This document shows, piece by piece, positions 1 through 9,600 of a stretch of DNA of 45,362 bases. How positions within the stretch are numbered: position 1 is the stretch's first letter; every line of letters begins with the position of its first letter. The position numbers and the translations under genes were made by a program. The stretch comes from a virus. Its lineage: Duplodnaviria > Caudoviricetes. Below the pieces are notes generated by a model that ran no database searches, was not told the origin of the DNA, and worked only from the letters and a program-made list of their open reading frames with translations. The stretch is from the IMG/VR virus record IMGVR_UViG_3300031566_000087, positions 1 to 45,362 of that record. One strand, given 5' to 3'.

Positions 1-2
1 AG

Positions 3-1469
3 TCTCGTACGACGGGTGCCGCAACCTCTTCGGTCGCCTTCGTGGCGGGTACGGGTTCGGCGTTCAACGAGACCACCGGTACGGAAATCGTGGCCGGCAC
101 GAGCGGCGACAACGGCGAGGACGCTCAGGACAACTACGTAGTGTCCTCGAACCAGGCGCTCGGCTCAGCCGGCACTGGGGTTCCTGGCCAGACCTACACG
201 GACGAGCGAACGGGTCTTCGTTTCACGGTCCTTCCGTCCGCAGTGGCGGGGTACACGGGAACGGGTACTTTCGAGCTGGCGGTCAGCCCGACATGGAATG
301 TCAGCCCGGCCATCCCGTACCTCAGCTTGGGCGGCATGGAAGTGCTCGTCACCGACACCGTGGGTATCGGCATCGACGACACGGCAACGGTGCAGACGTT
401 CAACCCTGGTGGGTTGGAGCCCGCAACCGGCGACTTCTACTTCATCTCGTACAAGTTCCTCAAGCAGGACTTCACGACTCGGTTGTTCCAGCAGTTCAAG
501 ACCATCGAAGCGAACTTCGGTGCCTTGTCCGCAGAGAACCGGGTCACGCTGGCTGCCTTCTTGGCCATCCTCAACGGGGCGGTCCTGGTCGGCATCAAGC
601 AGGTCCTCAAGGTGGTGAACACCAACCAGGCCAGCGACCAGACGTTCATCGACGCCATCGCTGAGCTGGCGACGCCGCTGCCGGGCAACGTCCGACCGGA
701 CATCATCTGCCCGTTGGCGACGAGCACGGCGATCTACCAGTTCCTCATGCAGCATGTGGAGACTCAGTCGAACATCCGAAACCAGGGTGAGCGAATGGGC
801 TTCATCGGGTTCCCGAGTGGGACGACTCCGACGGTGGCTCAGACCATCGCCAAGAGCTTGCTCTCGAACCGTATCGTGGCTTGCTACCCCGACTCCGCGG
901 TCGTCACTTTGACCAACGAGCTGGGTGAGAGCTTCGAATCGCTGGTCGACGGCACCTTCCTCGCTGCGGCGGTGGCGGGAGCGGTCGTGAGCCCGGCGGT
1001 CGATGTGGCCACGCCTTACACCCGCCGTCAGGTCCTCGGCTTCACCCGGCTCCAGCGTCAGCTCGACCCGGTGGAGGCCAACCAGACGGCTGTGGCAGGC
1101 ATCACGCTGCTGGAGGACTTGGACCCGATCATTCGGATCCGCCAGGGCCTCACCACGGACATGACGACGATCCTCACACGCCTACCCACGGTTGTGCAGA
1201 TCGCCGACTCGGTCCACCAAAGCAGCCGTTCGGTGCTCGACGGCTACGTCGGCACCAAGTTCCTCGCGACTCGGACCAACGAGGTCGAGGTCACCATGAC
1301 GGCGCTGTTCAAGCAGCTCGTCCAGGCCGAGATCGTCGGAGCCTTCACCGGCATCGCAGCGGAGGTGGACCCGGACGACCCGACCATCCTCCGGTTCGAG
1401 GCCTTCTACCAGCCCATCTTCCCGCTCCTGTACCTGGTCCTGACCTTCAACCTGCGAGCACGCATCTGA
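3..1469 (+). CDS. Tail sheath protein, C-terminal part (5'-truncated; GTG at 42 is an internal codon)
   Basis: The frame is open from base 3 (SRTTGAATSS...). It has a subtilisin-like sheath domain (PDIICPL...HVETQSNIRNQGERMG...NRIVACYP...AAAVAG) and a typical sheath C-terminus (IRIRQGLTT...VVQIAD...YVG...DPT...FYQPIFPLLYLVLTFNL). Lies upstream of the tube gene. Confidence 0.92.
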   Translation, partial: SRTTGAATSSVAFVAGTGSAFNETTGTEIVAGTSGDNGEDAQDNYVVSSNQALGSAGTGVPGQTYTDERTGLRFTVLPSAVAGYTGTGTFELAVSPTWNVSPAIPYLSLGGMEVLVTDTVGIGIDDTATVQTFNPGGLEPATGDFYFISYKFLKQDFTTRLFQQFKTIEANFGALSAENRVTLAAFLAILNGAVLVGIKQVLKVVNTNQASDQTFIDAIAELATPLPGNVRPDIICPLATSTAIYQFLMQHVETQSNIRNQGERMGFIGFPSGTTPTVAQTIAKSLLSNRIVACYPDSAVVTLTNELGESFESLVDGTFLAAAVAGAVVSPAVDVATPYTRRQVLGFTRLQRQLDPVEANQTAVAGITLLEDLDPIIRIRQGLTTDMTTILTRLPTVVQIADSVHQSSRSVLDGYVGTKFLATRTNEVEVTMTALFKQLVQAEIVGAFTGIAAEVDPDDPTILRFEAFYQPIFPLLYLVLTFNLRARI

Positions 1470-1506
1470 GAGTCGCACCCACCCCAACCGCCTAGGTAGT
1501 TGGGTC

Positions 1507-1542
1507 GAGGCCGCTGAGGAAACTTGGCGGCCTCTGCTTTTT
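1507..1542 (+). terminator. Intrinsic terminator after the sheath gene
   Basis: GAGGCCGCTGAG-GAAA-CTTGGCGGCCTC: 12 bp stem with G:U pairs and a GNRA loop, followed by TGCTTTTT. Confidence 0.8.
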
Positions 1543-1549
1543 GGGGCTT

Positions 1550-1561
1550 CCGGTGTATGGT
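1550..1561 (+). promoter_or_regulatory. Candidate promoter (CCGGTGTATGGT) containing a TAnnnT -10-like hexamer
   Basis: Sits directly after the terminator; TATGGT ends 7 nt before the GTG at 1569. A similar CCGGGTGTAG follows the second terminator (4076-4085). Confidence 0.4.
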
Positions 1562-1568
1562 CTGAGGC

Positions 1569-2390
1569 GTGAAAGAGCTACGCTTTGAGGTCCTCATCGA
1601 TCCGGCCTTGGACCAAGGGATCTGTGACATGGTGGGCTTTGGCGACTTCACCCTGGTTGACGGAAACCAGACAGGAGCCGTCTACCCTGAGGGCGGGCTC
1701 CCCCAATTCTTCACGGATCTCATCCTTGGGCGGGCCTTCCCCCTGACCTTTGCGACACGGGGGATACACTCGGTGGGAGCCCTCGTGGCGGTGTCGCTCT
1801 TTCTTCATCGGGACCTGGCCATCCATCCACGAATGCCCATGATGGTGACTTCGGCGGCGCTTGTGGAACAACTAGGTCATGCGGGACTTGCTCTCGTCGA
1901 CCGGGATCTAGTGAGGTTTTTCAGGATGTTGGAGGTCTTCCTCCCACCGAAGTTGAACCGGACGGACCAACAAGAACACCTCAAGACAGCGGTTGGCTGG
2001 ATTCGAGAATACGTGATGGCGGACACGCTCCCCGCCATGCCTCCAGAGGCACCACCGCCACGGGTGATCGACCGGGGCACAGACGGGTTCGTGGTTGCTG
2101 AGATGCCTGACAAGCGGCTTGAGGACGGCTGGGTGGAGCTTTTCCGCCAGGGCTACCTGCGAGGTGTCTTGGTCGGCCCCGCCTCAAAGGATCGGCGGTT
2201 TGTGCTGGCAGCTCGCAAGAGTGGGTACTTGAAATACGACCTCCAGGGTGCTGCACGGATCTTGAATGAGGCGGAGCGGGCCATGGGGGAGCCAGGGGAG
2301 TGGGAAGTTTCGGACTTGTGGCTCAAGAGCCCTCCGAAAGGAACCCTCATCCCGATCTCCGGCCTTCTGAAGGTGTTCGTCCGTGTCTAA
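1569..2390 (+). CDS. Hypothetical protein, possibly a catalytically degenerate DHH-like phosphoesterase
   Basis: 273 aa ORF that fills the gap. The C-terminal pattern (ELFRQG..RGVLV...ARKS....YDL.....LNEAE......W......SP.KGT.I) resembles, from recall, phage/bacterial DHH-like proteins, but no DHH or DxD motif is present. Confidence 0.6.
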   Translation: MKELRFEVLIDPALDQGICDMVGFGDFTLVDGNQTGAVYPEGGLPQFFTDLILGRAFPLTFATRGIHSVGALVAVSLFLHRDLAIHPRMPMMVTSAALVEQLGHAGLALVDRDLVRFFRMLEVFLPPKLNRTDQQEHLKTAVGWIREYVMADTLPAMPPEAPPPRVIDRGTDGFVVAEMPDKRLEDGWVELFRQGYLRGVLVGPASKDRRFVLAARKSGYLKYDLQGAARILNEAERAMGEPGEWEVSDLWLKSPPKGTLIPISGLLKVFVRV

Positions 2391-2396
2391 ACTTCA

Positions 2397-2410
2397 ATAG
2401 AGCTTTCGTG
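2397..2410 (+). promoter_or_regulatory. Candidate late-promoter motif ATAGAGCTTTCGTG
   Basis: Similar 14-mers lie upstream of other starts: 2671-2684 ATGGTTCTTTTATG, 25569-25582 CTAGTCCTCTTTTG, 34078-34091 CTAGGCTTTTGATG. Confidence 0.35.
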
Positions 2411-2426
2411 TCCGCGCCATAGTGAG

Positions 2427-3197
2427 ATGGCGCGTGTTCTTGTCACGGTCGGGACTGACGGTCCCACAGACTGGGTGAAGCTCCCTACCGGCGCGAAATT
2501 GTCGTTGGGGGCGGTCTCCGTTCTGAGGTTTGTCACCAAGCTGGCCCCGAACGCCAGGCTCGCCAAGCAGGCCCTCAGTGGGTTTCTAGGCGGTCAGGAA
2601 GTCATAGTTCCAGTGGACGAGGACAAGATGTGGAGCCTCTTGGCACCTCGTCGAGCCCGCTGGGCTTGCGATGGTTCTTTTATGGCACCGGATCAGCGCA
2701 CTACTTCGACCGCACAAGGAAAAGGGACCATGCCGACAATTCACGACGATCTTCTTGCTTTGGAGCAGCACGTGGAGCTGCTCAACAAGCATGCCGCCAC
2801 CGTGTCACCCAAGCAGCGAGCCGAGGGTTTCAGCATCCTCGCCACGCTCGTTCAGAGGGTCCAGGCGAATGACTATACCCGTACCGCTCCCTCCGTAGAG
2901 GTTGGCGGACACATCGAGGGTCTGACCTTCGACCGTGTGCAGGCCAACCAAGAGCTGGCTGCCAACATCGTGACCAAGGCCGAGGAGACTGTCGAACGCA
3001 TCGACGCCCTCGTGACCGCCGGCAAGAACTTCAAGGCAGACCGTGCCAAGGCGGATGTCCACGCAGTGACCACCAAGGTCGCCGGCATTCTCCAGAACAC
3101 CGAGCTGACCGAAGCATGGGTTGGCGAGGACTTGCAAAAGCTCGCTGCCCGAGCTGACCAACTTCATGGCTTGTTCTTCCCGACCGAGTCGGCTTGA
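2427..3197 (+). CDS. Hypothetical two-domain protein with a possible internal start at 2730
   Basis: 256 aa ORF with an alpha/beta N-terminal part and a helical C-terminal part. The in-frame ATG at 2730 is preceded by AAGGAAAAGGGACC. Confidence 0.75.
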   Translation: MARVLVTVGTDGPTDWVKLPTGAKLSLGAVSVLRFVTKLAPNARLAKQALSGFLGGQEVIVPVDEDKMWSLLAPRRARWACDGSFMAPDQRTTSTAQGKGTMPTIHDDLLALEQHVELLNKHAATVSPKQRAEGFSILATLVQRVQANDYTRTAPSVEVGGHIEGLTFDRVQANQELAANIVTKAEETVERIDALVTAGKNFKADRAKADVHAVTTKVAGILQNTELTEAWVGEDLQKLAARADQLHGLFFPTESA

Positions 3198-3246
3198 GCC
3201 CAACCCCAAAGACGATGGATACCCAGATTTCTAGGAGATAGCCAAA

Positions 3247-3966
3247 ATGCCTGTCGCAGCACTCAACACATACATCTACCGTGAGGGCACCGCCCCCAAC
3301 ACCCGTGCGGCCGTTTCCCAGAAGAACAAGGTCTACGGGTATCAGGTCGGATCTTCTCAGTTCAAGCAGATCGGCGTCGTGAGCGAGTTCGGGCACGACG
3401 AGAGTCGTACCATCGATCCCGTTCGAGGCGTCGGCTTCGGCGACCAGGTGGCCGAACTGGTCCCTGGTGTGACCGAGCCGATGACACTCACGCTCAACAA
3501 GACCCTGCTCTACGCCCTGAACTTGTTTCAGACCGTTGGGTACAAGGGTGGCGTGGACGGCCTGGTCCGGTCGCTCAAGCACCACCGTTGGCCGTTCGAC
3601 ATCAAGCAAGAGATGGTCTTCTCCGAGATCGCGACTACTGAGGACTCTTTGGGGTCTTTGGCTGCCGCGAAGACTGAGGCTATCTTGCCGATCAACGGCG
3701 GGTCCCTCACGACCGCCGCAGTTCGATTCCTCGCGACCTTCTACGAGGGTTGCTGGATGAACAGCTACTCGGCGAGCTACACGTCGGATGCGGCCATCGT
3801 GGCGGAGAACGCTTCGGTGACGGTGACGGACATCCTGGACGGCGTGAGTCAGTACGGCGAGTGGATGGACACGGGCCTGGCCCCCGGGATCGACGGTATC
3901 GCCGGCAAGGGCGCCTCATTGAGGTGCGCTACGACCAGTAGTTCCAACCCAACCCCGTTGACCTAA
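3247..3966 (+). CDS. Tail tube protein
   Basis: RBS AGGAG. Tube-fold pattern IGVVSEFGHDESRTIDPVRGVG...ELVPG...LTLNK...PFDIKQ...YEGCWMNSYSASY....IVAENASVTV. Strong codon bias, and position between sheath and chaperones. Confidence 0.88.
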   Translation: MPVAALNTYIYREGTAPNTRAAVSQKNKVYGYQVGSSQFKQIGVVSEFGHDESRTIDPVRGVGFGDQVAELVPGVTEPMTLTLNKTLLYALNLFQTVGYKGGVDGLVRSLKHHRWPFDIKQEMVFSEIATTEDSLGSLAAAKTEAILPINGGSLTTAAVRFLATFYEGCWMNSYSASYTSDAAIVAENASVTVTDILDGVSQYGEWMDTGLAPGIDGIAGKGASLRCATTSSSNPTPLT

Positions 3967-3973
3967 GTACGAT

Positions 3974-4008
3974 GATGGGGGCCGTCATTCTGGCGGCTCC
4001 CATCCTTT
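3974..4008 (+). terminator. Stem-loop / probable intrinsic terminator after the tube gene
   Basis: GATGGGGGCCGTCA-TTC-TGGCGGCTCCCATC: 14 bp stem with G:U pairs, followed by CTTT (short U tract). Confidence 0.65.
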
Positions 4009-4137
4009 GGCTTGAGATGACGACGATGAAGATGGAAATGAGAACTGGCTGGACCCTCTCAGGAGGCTCTGAGGTCCGGGTGTAGCAGCCAACTTCGTCG
4101 CCGTCCTCAAGTCCCCCAAAATGAAGAGGAGATGAGG

Positions 4138-5352
4138 ATGGCAACCCTGAAAGCGACCAAACTGCGGGAGGCCTTGCAGAAGGCCAAGAACGTAGGAGTC
4201 GTCGAAGAGCTGGTGACGATCGCCGGCTGTGAGATGGTCTTCCAAAACCTGCCCTCCGAGGCCTATGAGACGATCATGGCGGATTGTGCAGAGCTGGAGG
4301 ACGTTGAGTACTACAACGCCTATCAGATCGGGCACATCTCGCGAGCGATTGTCGAGATCGATGGGACGGACCTCCGCGATGTGGTTTACGTCGAGGACGA
4401 GGTCCCAGATCCCAAGGATCCAGACAAGCTCATCACACGCAAGTTCGAGCGACACGAGTGGCTCCGTGAGAACGTCCTCACAACCTGGGGGCGTGAGGCG
4501 ATAGCGGTCGCTTGGCGTAAGTTCGCCGAGACTCTCCTCAAGGCAGATGAGCTGGCTAAGAAGGGTGTCGAGTTCATCATCCCCGATGAGACAGCGGAGA
4601 CCCGATATCGTCGGCTTTTGTCTGAGCTGCAAGAGGCTGAGCAGACCATTCCAAGCGAGCTGGCCACGAAGGTTCTGGACGACGCAGGGTACCTCAAGAG
4701 GGTTAACCTTACAGGGTTGGATAAGCTCGAAGACCGAGCCGAGCAACTCAAACGGCTTGATGATTTGGAGAATGGGTTGGGAGCCACTGAGACGGCCCCA
4801 GAGGCTCCCCAGCCGATTCCTGCACCGCCAGACGTTCAGCCGCCAGACCCAACACCGGCGTCTCCACAGCCAGCCCCAGCACCCAGTCCTGTGGCGGCGG
4901 GGGACAAGATCGCCCGACCCTCTCCAACAGGGGACCCCCGGGAGATGATGCGGAGTCGAACTCCTCTCAATCGTCGAGGAGACGCGACCCCTACGCCAGC
5001 GGCTGCGACTCCTGTGTCTGCTCAGCGTCGGGTGAAAGTGCCAGACCAGATCCGCCAAGCGGCCATGCAGAACACCGAGTCTGTGAAAGGCCAAGCGGGG
5101 GTTCTGTCGGCACCAGTTGTGCAGCCTGAGACAGTCCCGCAGGGGGGTCGTGCCAGCCATATTGCCGCCCTTGAAGGTCAAGTCGAGGGCATGGTGACAG
5201 GGCCGCAAGCTCCGCTACCAGAACGTTCCGTGCAGCCCGTGGCCGAGATCCGCCCCTCCGGGATCAACCCCCGTGAGGTTGTGATGGCCACGGATCCAAA
5301 ACCTCCAGCAGGCGTCAACAAGAAGTACAACCCCCCACCTCGGCAGCCATGA
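4138..5352 (+). CDS. Putative tail assembly chaperone 1 with a long Pro-rich C-terminal extension (alternative start 4132)
   Basis: Lies between tube and tape measure; AGGAG is 6 nt before the ATG at 4138. N-terminal pattern VTIAGCEMVFQNL...ISRAIVEIDGTDL is typical of tail chaperones. Confidence 0.7.
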   Translation: MATLKATKLREALQKAKNVGVVEELVTIAGCEMVFQNLPSEAYETIMADCAELEDVEYYNAYQIGHISRAIVEIDGTDLRDVVYVEDEVPDPKDPDKLITRKFERHEWLRENVLTTWGREAIAVAWRKFAETLLKADELAKKGVEFIIPDETAETRYRRLLSELQEAEQTIPSELATKVLDDAGYLKRVNLTGLDKLEDRAEQLKRLDDLENGLGATETAPEAPQPIPAPPDVQPPDPTPASPQPAPAPSPVAAGDKIARPSPTGDPREMMRSRTPLNRRGDATPTPAAATPVSAQRRVKVPDQIRQAAMQNTESVKGQAGVLSAPVVQPETVPQGGRASHIAALEGQVEGMVTGPQAPLPERSVQPVAEIRPSGINPREVVMATDPKPPAGVNKKYNPPPRQP

Positions 5353-5359
5353 GGCTTGA

Positions 5360-6634
5360 GTGACCGAGGCCGCTGATCAGTACGCTGTCCAGCAAGCAGC
5401 TCTTCGAAATCGTGCGGGGGAGACCCCTCGGGATGACGAGATTAACATTGCTGTGCCTAAGCCGGTTGCGGCTGAGATCAACCCTGAGCTGTTCAAGGAC
5501 GTGGAGCCTTTGCTCCTTCGAGGGTTCCTCTACGCCTCTGCGGTCATCAACGGGGTCTTGTTTGTCTTCAAGAGCCTCAACCACCATGAGTTTGAGCGGT
5601 TAGGATTCCATAGTGGGACTCAAGGAAGCGGGCACGCTGTCAACACAAGGCAGTACGATTTGTTCTTGGCCTATGGGGTCTACATGGTGGACGGGGTCAA
5701 TGTCTTGTCTGATCGGGATGAGTGGCTTCCTGAACTCTCAGCCTTTTTCCACGACCTAACTGACATAGCCCGACGCAAGGTCATCTTTGAGCTGAGCGAG
5801 ATCAATCGCCGAGCTGCCCAAGCGGTTATTCTCACGGAGCCCTACTCCATGGAGATTGTTTCACGTCTTCGCTGGGCTCAAGTAAGGGGTCTTGATCTCA
5901 CCTCGGTGGGCGTCTCAGGGATTGAGGGTGCCCAACATCTTGGGATGAACTGGGCGCAGCTCACCTGGCGATCCCTGAACTATTTCGAGGATCAGCGGGA
6001 TATCGCGGAGCGGGAGTGGGAGAACGCCAAGTTCGTGGCCAGCTCGATGGCGGGCAAAGGGATGAGTAAAATCCACGCCCAAGACAAGCGTCGCCGTGAG
6101 GAGGAAACGAATACCAAGTTCGAGCGTCGGGACAAAATCATTCGTTTGGCACTTCTTGGTGACACCGGGGATCAAGACGATGCCCAAGGTCCCACGATGC
6201 AAGTCGCCCGAACAGTTGAGGAGTTGGCCGTTCAGCTAGAACACGACCTGAAGGGCGAGCGTGATTGGCATGATGACGTCGTCGCCGCCCATGAGAGTCG
6301 GGTGCTCGCGGACCGTACGGCTAAGATGGATCGACTTCGTCAGCTTCAGTCCGACTACGAGGAGAAGTACGGCGACTCCCCGGTCATTGGTGGCACTGAG
6401 ATGACCGGGCTCTCTCCTGCTGAGGTCAATGAGCGCATCACTCGTCGCCGTCAGCTCATGGCTCAACGGTTGGCTGCCCGACAGGTCGTTCCTGCGTTCC
6501 AGGAGCTACAAGACCCTCGGATGGGGCAGTTCATGGACAAGTGGCATGGAACAGGGGGCGACCAAAAGGATCTAGGGGTCCGCGTTGCCGACCGCCCCCG
6601 TGGGCTCTCAATCCCCCGAAACGGTGAAAGCTGA
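5360..6634 (+). CDS. Putative tail assembly chaperone 2
   Basis: Immediately upstream of, and coupled to, the tape measure gene. Pattern AVINGVLFVFKSL...LAYGVYMVDGVNVL parallels chaperone 1; charged helical C-terminus. Confidence 0.65.
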   Translation: MTEAADQYAVQQAALRNRAGETPRDDEINIAVPKPVAAEINPELFKDVEPLLLRGFLYASAVINGVLFVFKSLNHHEFERLGFHSGTQGSGHAVNTRQYDLFLAYGVYMVDGVNVLSDRDEWLPELSAFFHDLTDIARRKVIFELSEINRRAAQAVILTEPYSMEIVSRLRWAQVRGLDLTSVGVSGIEGAQHLGMNWAQLTWRSLNYFEDQRDIAEREWENAKFVASSMAGKGMSKIHAQDKRRREEETNTKFERRDKIIRLALLGDTGDQDDAQGPTMQVARTVEELAVQLEHDLKGERDWHDDVVAAHESRVLADRTAKMDRLRQLQSDYEEKYGDSPVIGGTEMTGLSPAEVNERITRRRQLMAQRLAARQVVPAFQELQDPRMGQFMDKWHGTGGDQKDLGVRVADRPRGLSIPRNGES

Positions 6635-9600
6635 TGGCTGACGAAGTTGTAACATTAGGCGTTGAGATCGAGGTCGACAAGGCCGTCAAGCACATGATGA
6701 CCTTCGAGCGCCAGATGAAGCGCAAGATGGACAACATCACCAAGGCTGTCGGCAACCTTGGTCACCAGAACGCCCGCGTTCTCGGTAAGGCCATCGAGCT
6801 GTCAGAAGACTGGATGGATGAGACTGACAAGCTCATCCTGACCCAAAAGAAGGAGTTCAGCGCGTTGGTCGACCTTGGGGGCCAGATCGAGGCGATGGAG
6901 GTCCAGGTTGGCAAGCTGAGTGGTACCCAGAAAAAAGCCGCTCAAGAGAACCTCAACCGCATGAAGAAGCAGGGGAAGTCCCAAGCTCAAGCTCTGGCCA
7001 AGGGTCTCGGAAAGAAGGGCGCTTTTGTCAAGGTGACCGGCGAGATCAACGAGGCCATAAAAAAGGGGATTGAGGCGGCCTCTCCCGCCGTCACCTCGTT
7101 CTTCGGCAAGGACCTCAAAGGGACAATCGAAGGGACGATGTCCTTCGCCGGCAAGGCTCTCTCCAAGAGCATCGAAGGGGCCGGCATAGCGTCGGCCCTA
7201 GGGGGCGGCTTCCTGAGTAAGAAGGGCGCCAAGTTGTCTGGTAAAGGCAAGGAGCGTGGGGGTGTGGGCGGCGGCGCTATGAAGGCAGGCGGCGCTGCCA
7301 TGAAGGGCCTCGGATCGGTGATGAGTAAGATGGCCCCCATACTTCAGATTGTGGGCAAGCTCGGCCCCCTCATTGGAACGCTCAGTTCGCTTCTCATGGC
7401 GGTCGTCAAGGTCCTCATCGACGCGGAAGCTCAAGCGAAGGCTTTCAACAAAGAGATCCTAGCCTCGGCCAGCTCTGCGGAGTTCCTGGCTCGATCGGGA
7501 GGGAACGCGAACGACGCCTACGACGAGCTTTCGAATACGATGGACCAGCTGCGGGACTCCGCCTACAGCCTGGAGAACCTCGAATGGGGGATCTCAGTAG
7601 ATGAGCACAAGCAGGTGCTCAACGTCCTCACTCAGGAGGGTGTCGCTATCGGGCACATCAAGGCAGAGGCCGGTGACGGCGCGGGGGCGGTTGGGAAGTT
7701 CGCTACGGAGTTGTCTCATGTGAGCGTGGCCTACTCACGAGCCTTCGGCGTCCCCCTGCAAGAGATCAACCAGATGCAGGCGGAGATGATGAACTCGATG
7801 GGGATGAACTTGGAAAGCACCAAGCTCGCCTTCGAGCAGATGAATCGAGCCGCAGGTGACTCGGGCATCTCGGCCAACAAATTCTTCGGCATGATCCGAG
7901 GGGTGAGCCAGGATCTCAGTCTTTACAACGTTCGTATGGAGCAGTCCGTCAAGCTCCTCAAGATGTTGGGCAAAGTCATGGACCCCCGCAACGCCCAGAA
8001 GTTCATGCAGGGCGTCATTGGCACGATGAAGAACATGAGCCAGGACGACCGTTTGAAGGTCGCCCTCCTTGCGGGTGGGAAGGGGAAGGCGATTGTCCAG
8101 AAGGACCTGGCGAACAAGCGAAAGAACCTCCAGGCCGATATCGGCAAAGCCATTGGGATGGAAGCCGATGCGGTGGGCAAGGAGCTTGCTGACCCCGCTA
8201 AGGCCAAGGCGTTGTGGGCGAAGATCGGTAAGAAGGCTCCTGGGAAACTCGGAGCCCTGAAAGAGTCCTCGATCGAATTGAAGATCGACGAAACCGCCTC
8301 GAAGAAGGGCGTCTACGGTCAAGCCTTTGCCATGGAGAATATGGGGGTCGGCGGCCAGTTGGAGATGATGCAGGCGGCCCTAGCTGGCTGGGGTGGCGGC
8401 AAGACCCTGACAGAGGGTGCTGGCTCGCTCGGAATGACCAAGATGGCCGAGAACATGGGGATCGGCACTGAGCAGCTTCGAGGCATGATGAAGCTGGAGC
8501 AGGCTGTGAAGGAAGAGAAGGCGGCCCTCCTAGCAGCTGCCAAGACAGACGAAGAGAAGGCGAAAATCAATGCGATGGGTACCCAAGACATCATCGACGG
8601 GATGTCCAAGGAGGAGCAGAAGGTCCTGAAGGAGGGTACGAAGTCGACCTTGGATTTCGCCAAGCAACAGGGACAGCTTACGCAGAGCCTCCTTGACAAG
8701 CTCAGTGTTCTTGTCGATTTCGTGATGAACCAGCTCTACAACGTCTTCATCGATATTTGGACGGACATCGGCGCCATTCTAACGAAGTTTGGGATTGGCG
8801 AGGCAGAGGGGACGCGAGAGCTGAAGACCCAAGTTGCTCGGAGTAAGAACGCCGACATTCAAAAGGCGCTGAGTGACGCAACGTCGTCGTCGGGAGCGAT
8901 CAACGAGTCAGAGTTTAGAGGCAACGCTCTTACAAACACGGGAGCCTATTCTGGAGTCGCAGAGGCGATGAAGAATTGGCAGGGTGTTGAGAGTGGAGGA
9001 GGGCCTCAGGAGAGAGCCGCAACAAATAAAGCGATGGAGGAGCTGTCCCGTGTGCTCTACACAGGCCTGTCCAACATTGATCCCAAGGAGTTGAAGAACG
9101 CTGTAAATGGCGCTGGTCTAGGACCCCAGGTAGAAGCCGCCATCAACAAGGGGCTTGATGAAGGGAAGAGCCTTGAAAGCGCTCTACGAGGCGCCGGGGC
9201 GGGGAAGGAGACGCAAGCGAAGGTGATGTCGGAAGCTGTGCGGTACCTACCGTCGTCGGCGCTTATCCAAGGCGGGATTGGGGAGAAGCTCGCAACGGCT
9301 GGGAAGGGTGTGGGACAAGCTAGGGTCGCGGGGGCTAAGGGTGACCGAAAGGCGTTTGACGACTACCAGAAATTAGACGGGCCGCGGGCTCCTGGGGATA
9401 TGGCCCCGGACTTCAGCGGCTTCGATGAGTCGAAGGCCGCGGCTTCGATCCAGTCAACGGCAGAGGATGCCAAAAAGACTGCTGAGAAGACTGCTCAGTT
9501 CGCAGATGATGGTCATAAAGACGGGTCGATCTACGTCAAGTACGGCACCTCTTTCCTCCAGGGGAAGTACAAGAAGACGATCGAGGAAGCCGTTCTCGAT

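Noticed and set aside
3985-5208. 407 aa minus-strand ORF
   Set aside because: Antisense shadow of the chaperone gene, typical of GC-rich codon bias; no recognisable motifs.
5325-5362. Programmed ribosomal frameshift between the two chaperone genes (C6 run at 5331-5336)
   Set aside because: The second gene is in the +1 frame and has an in-frame TGA (5357-5359) immediately before its start, so no fusion product is possible.
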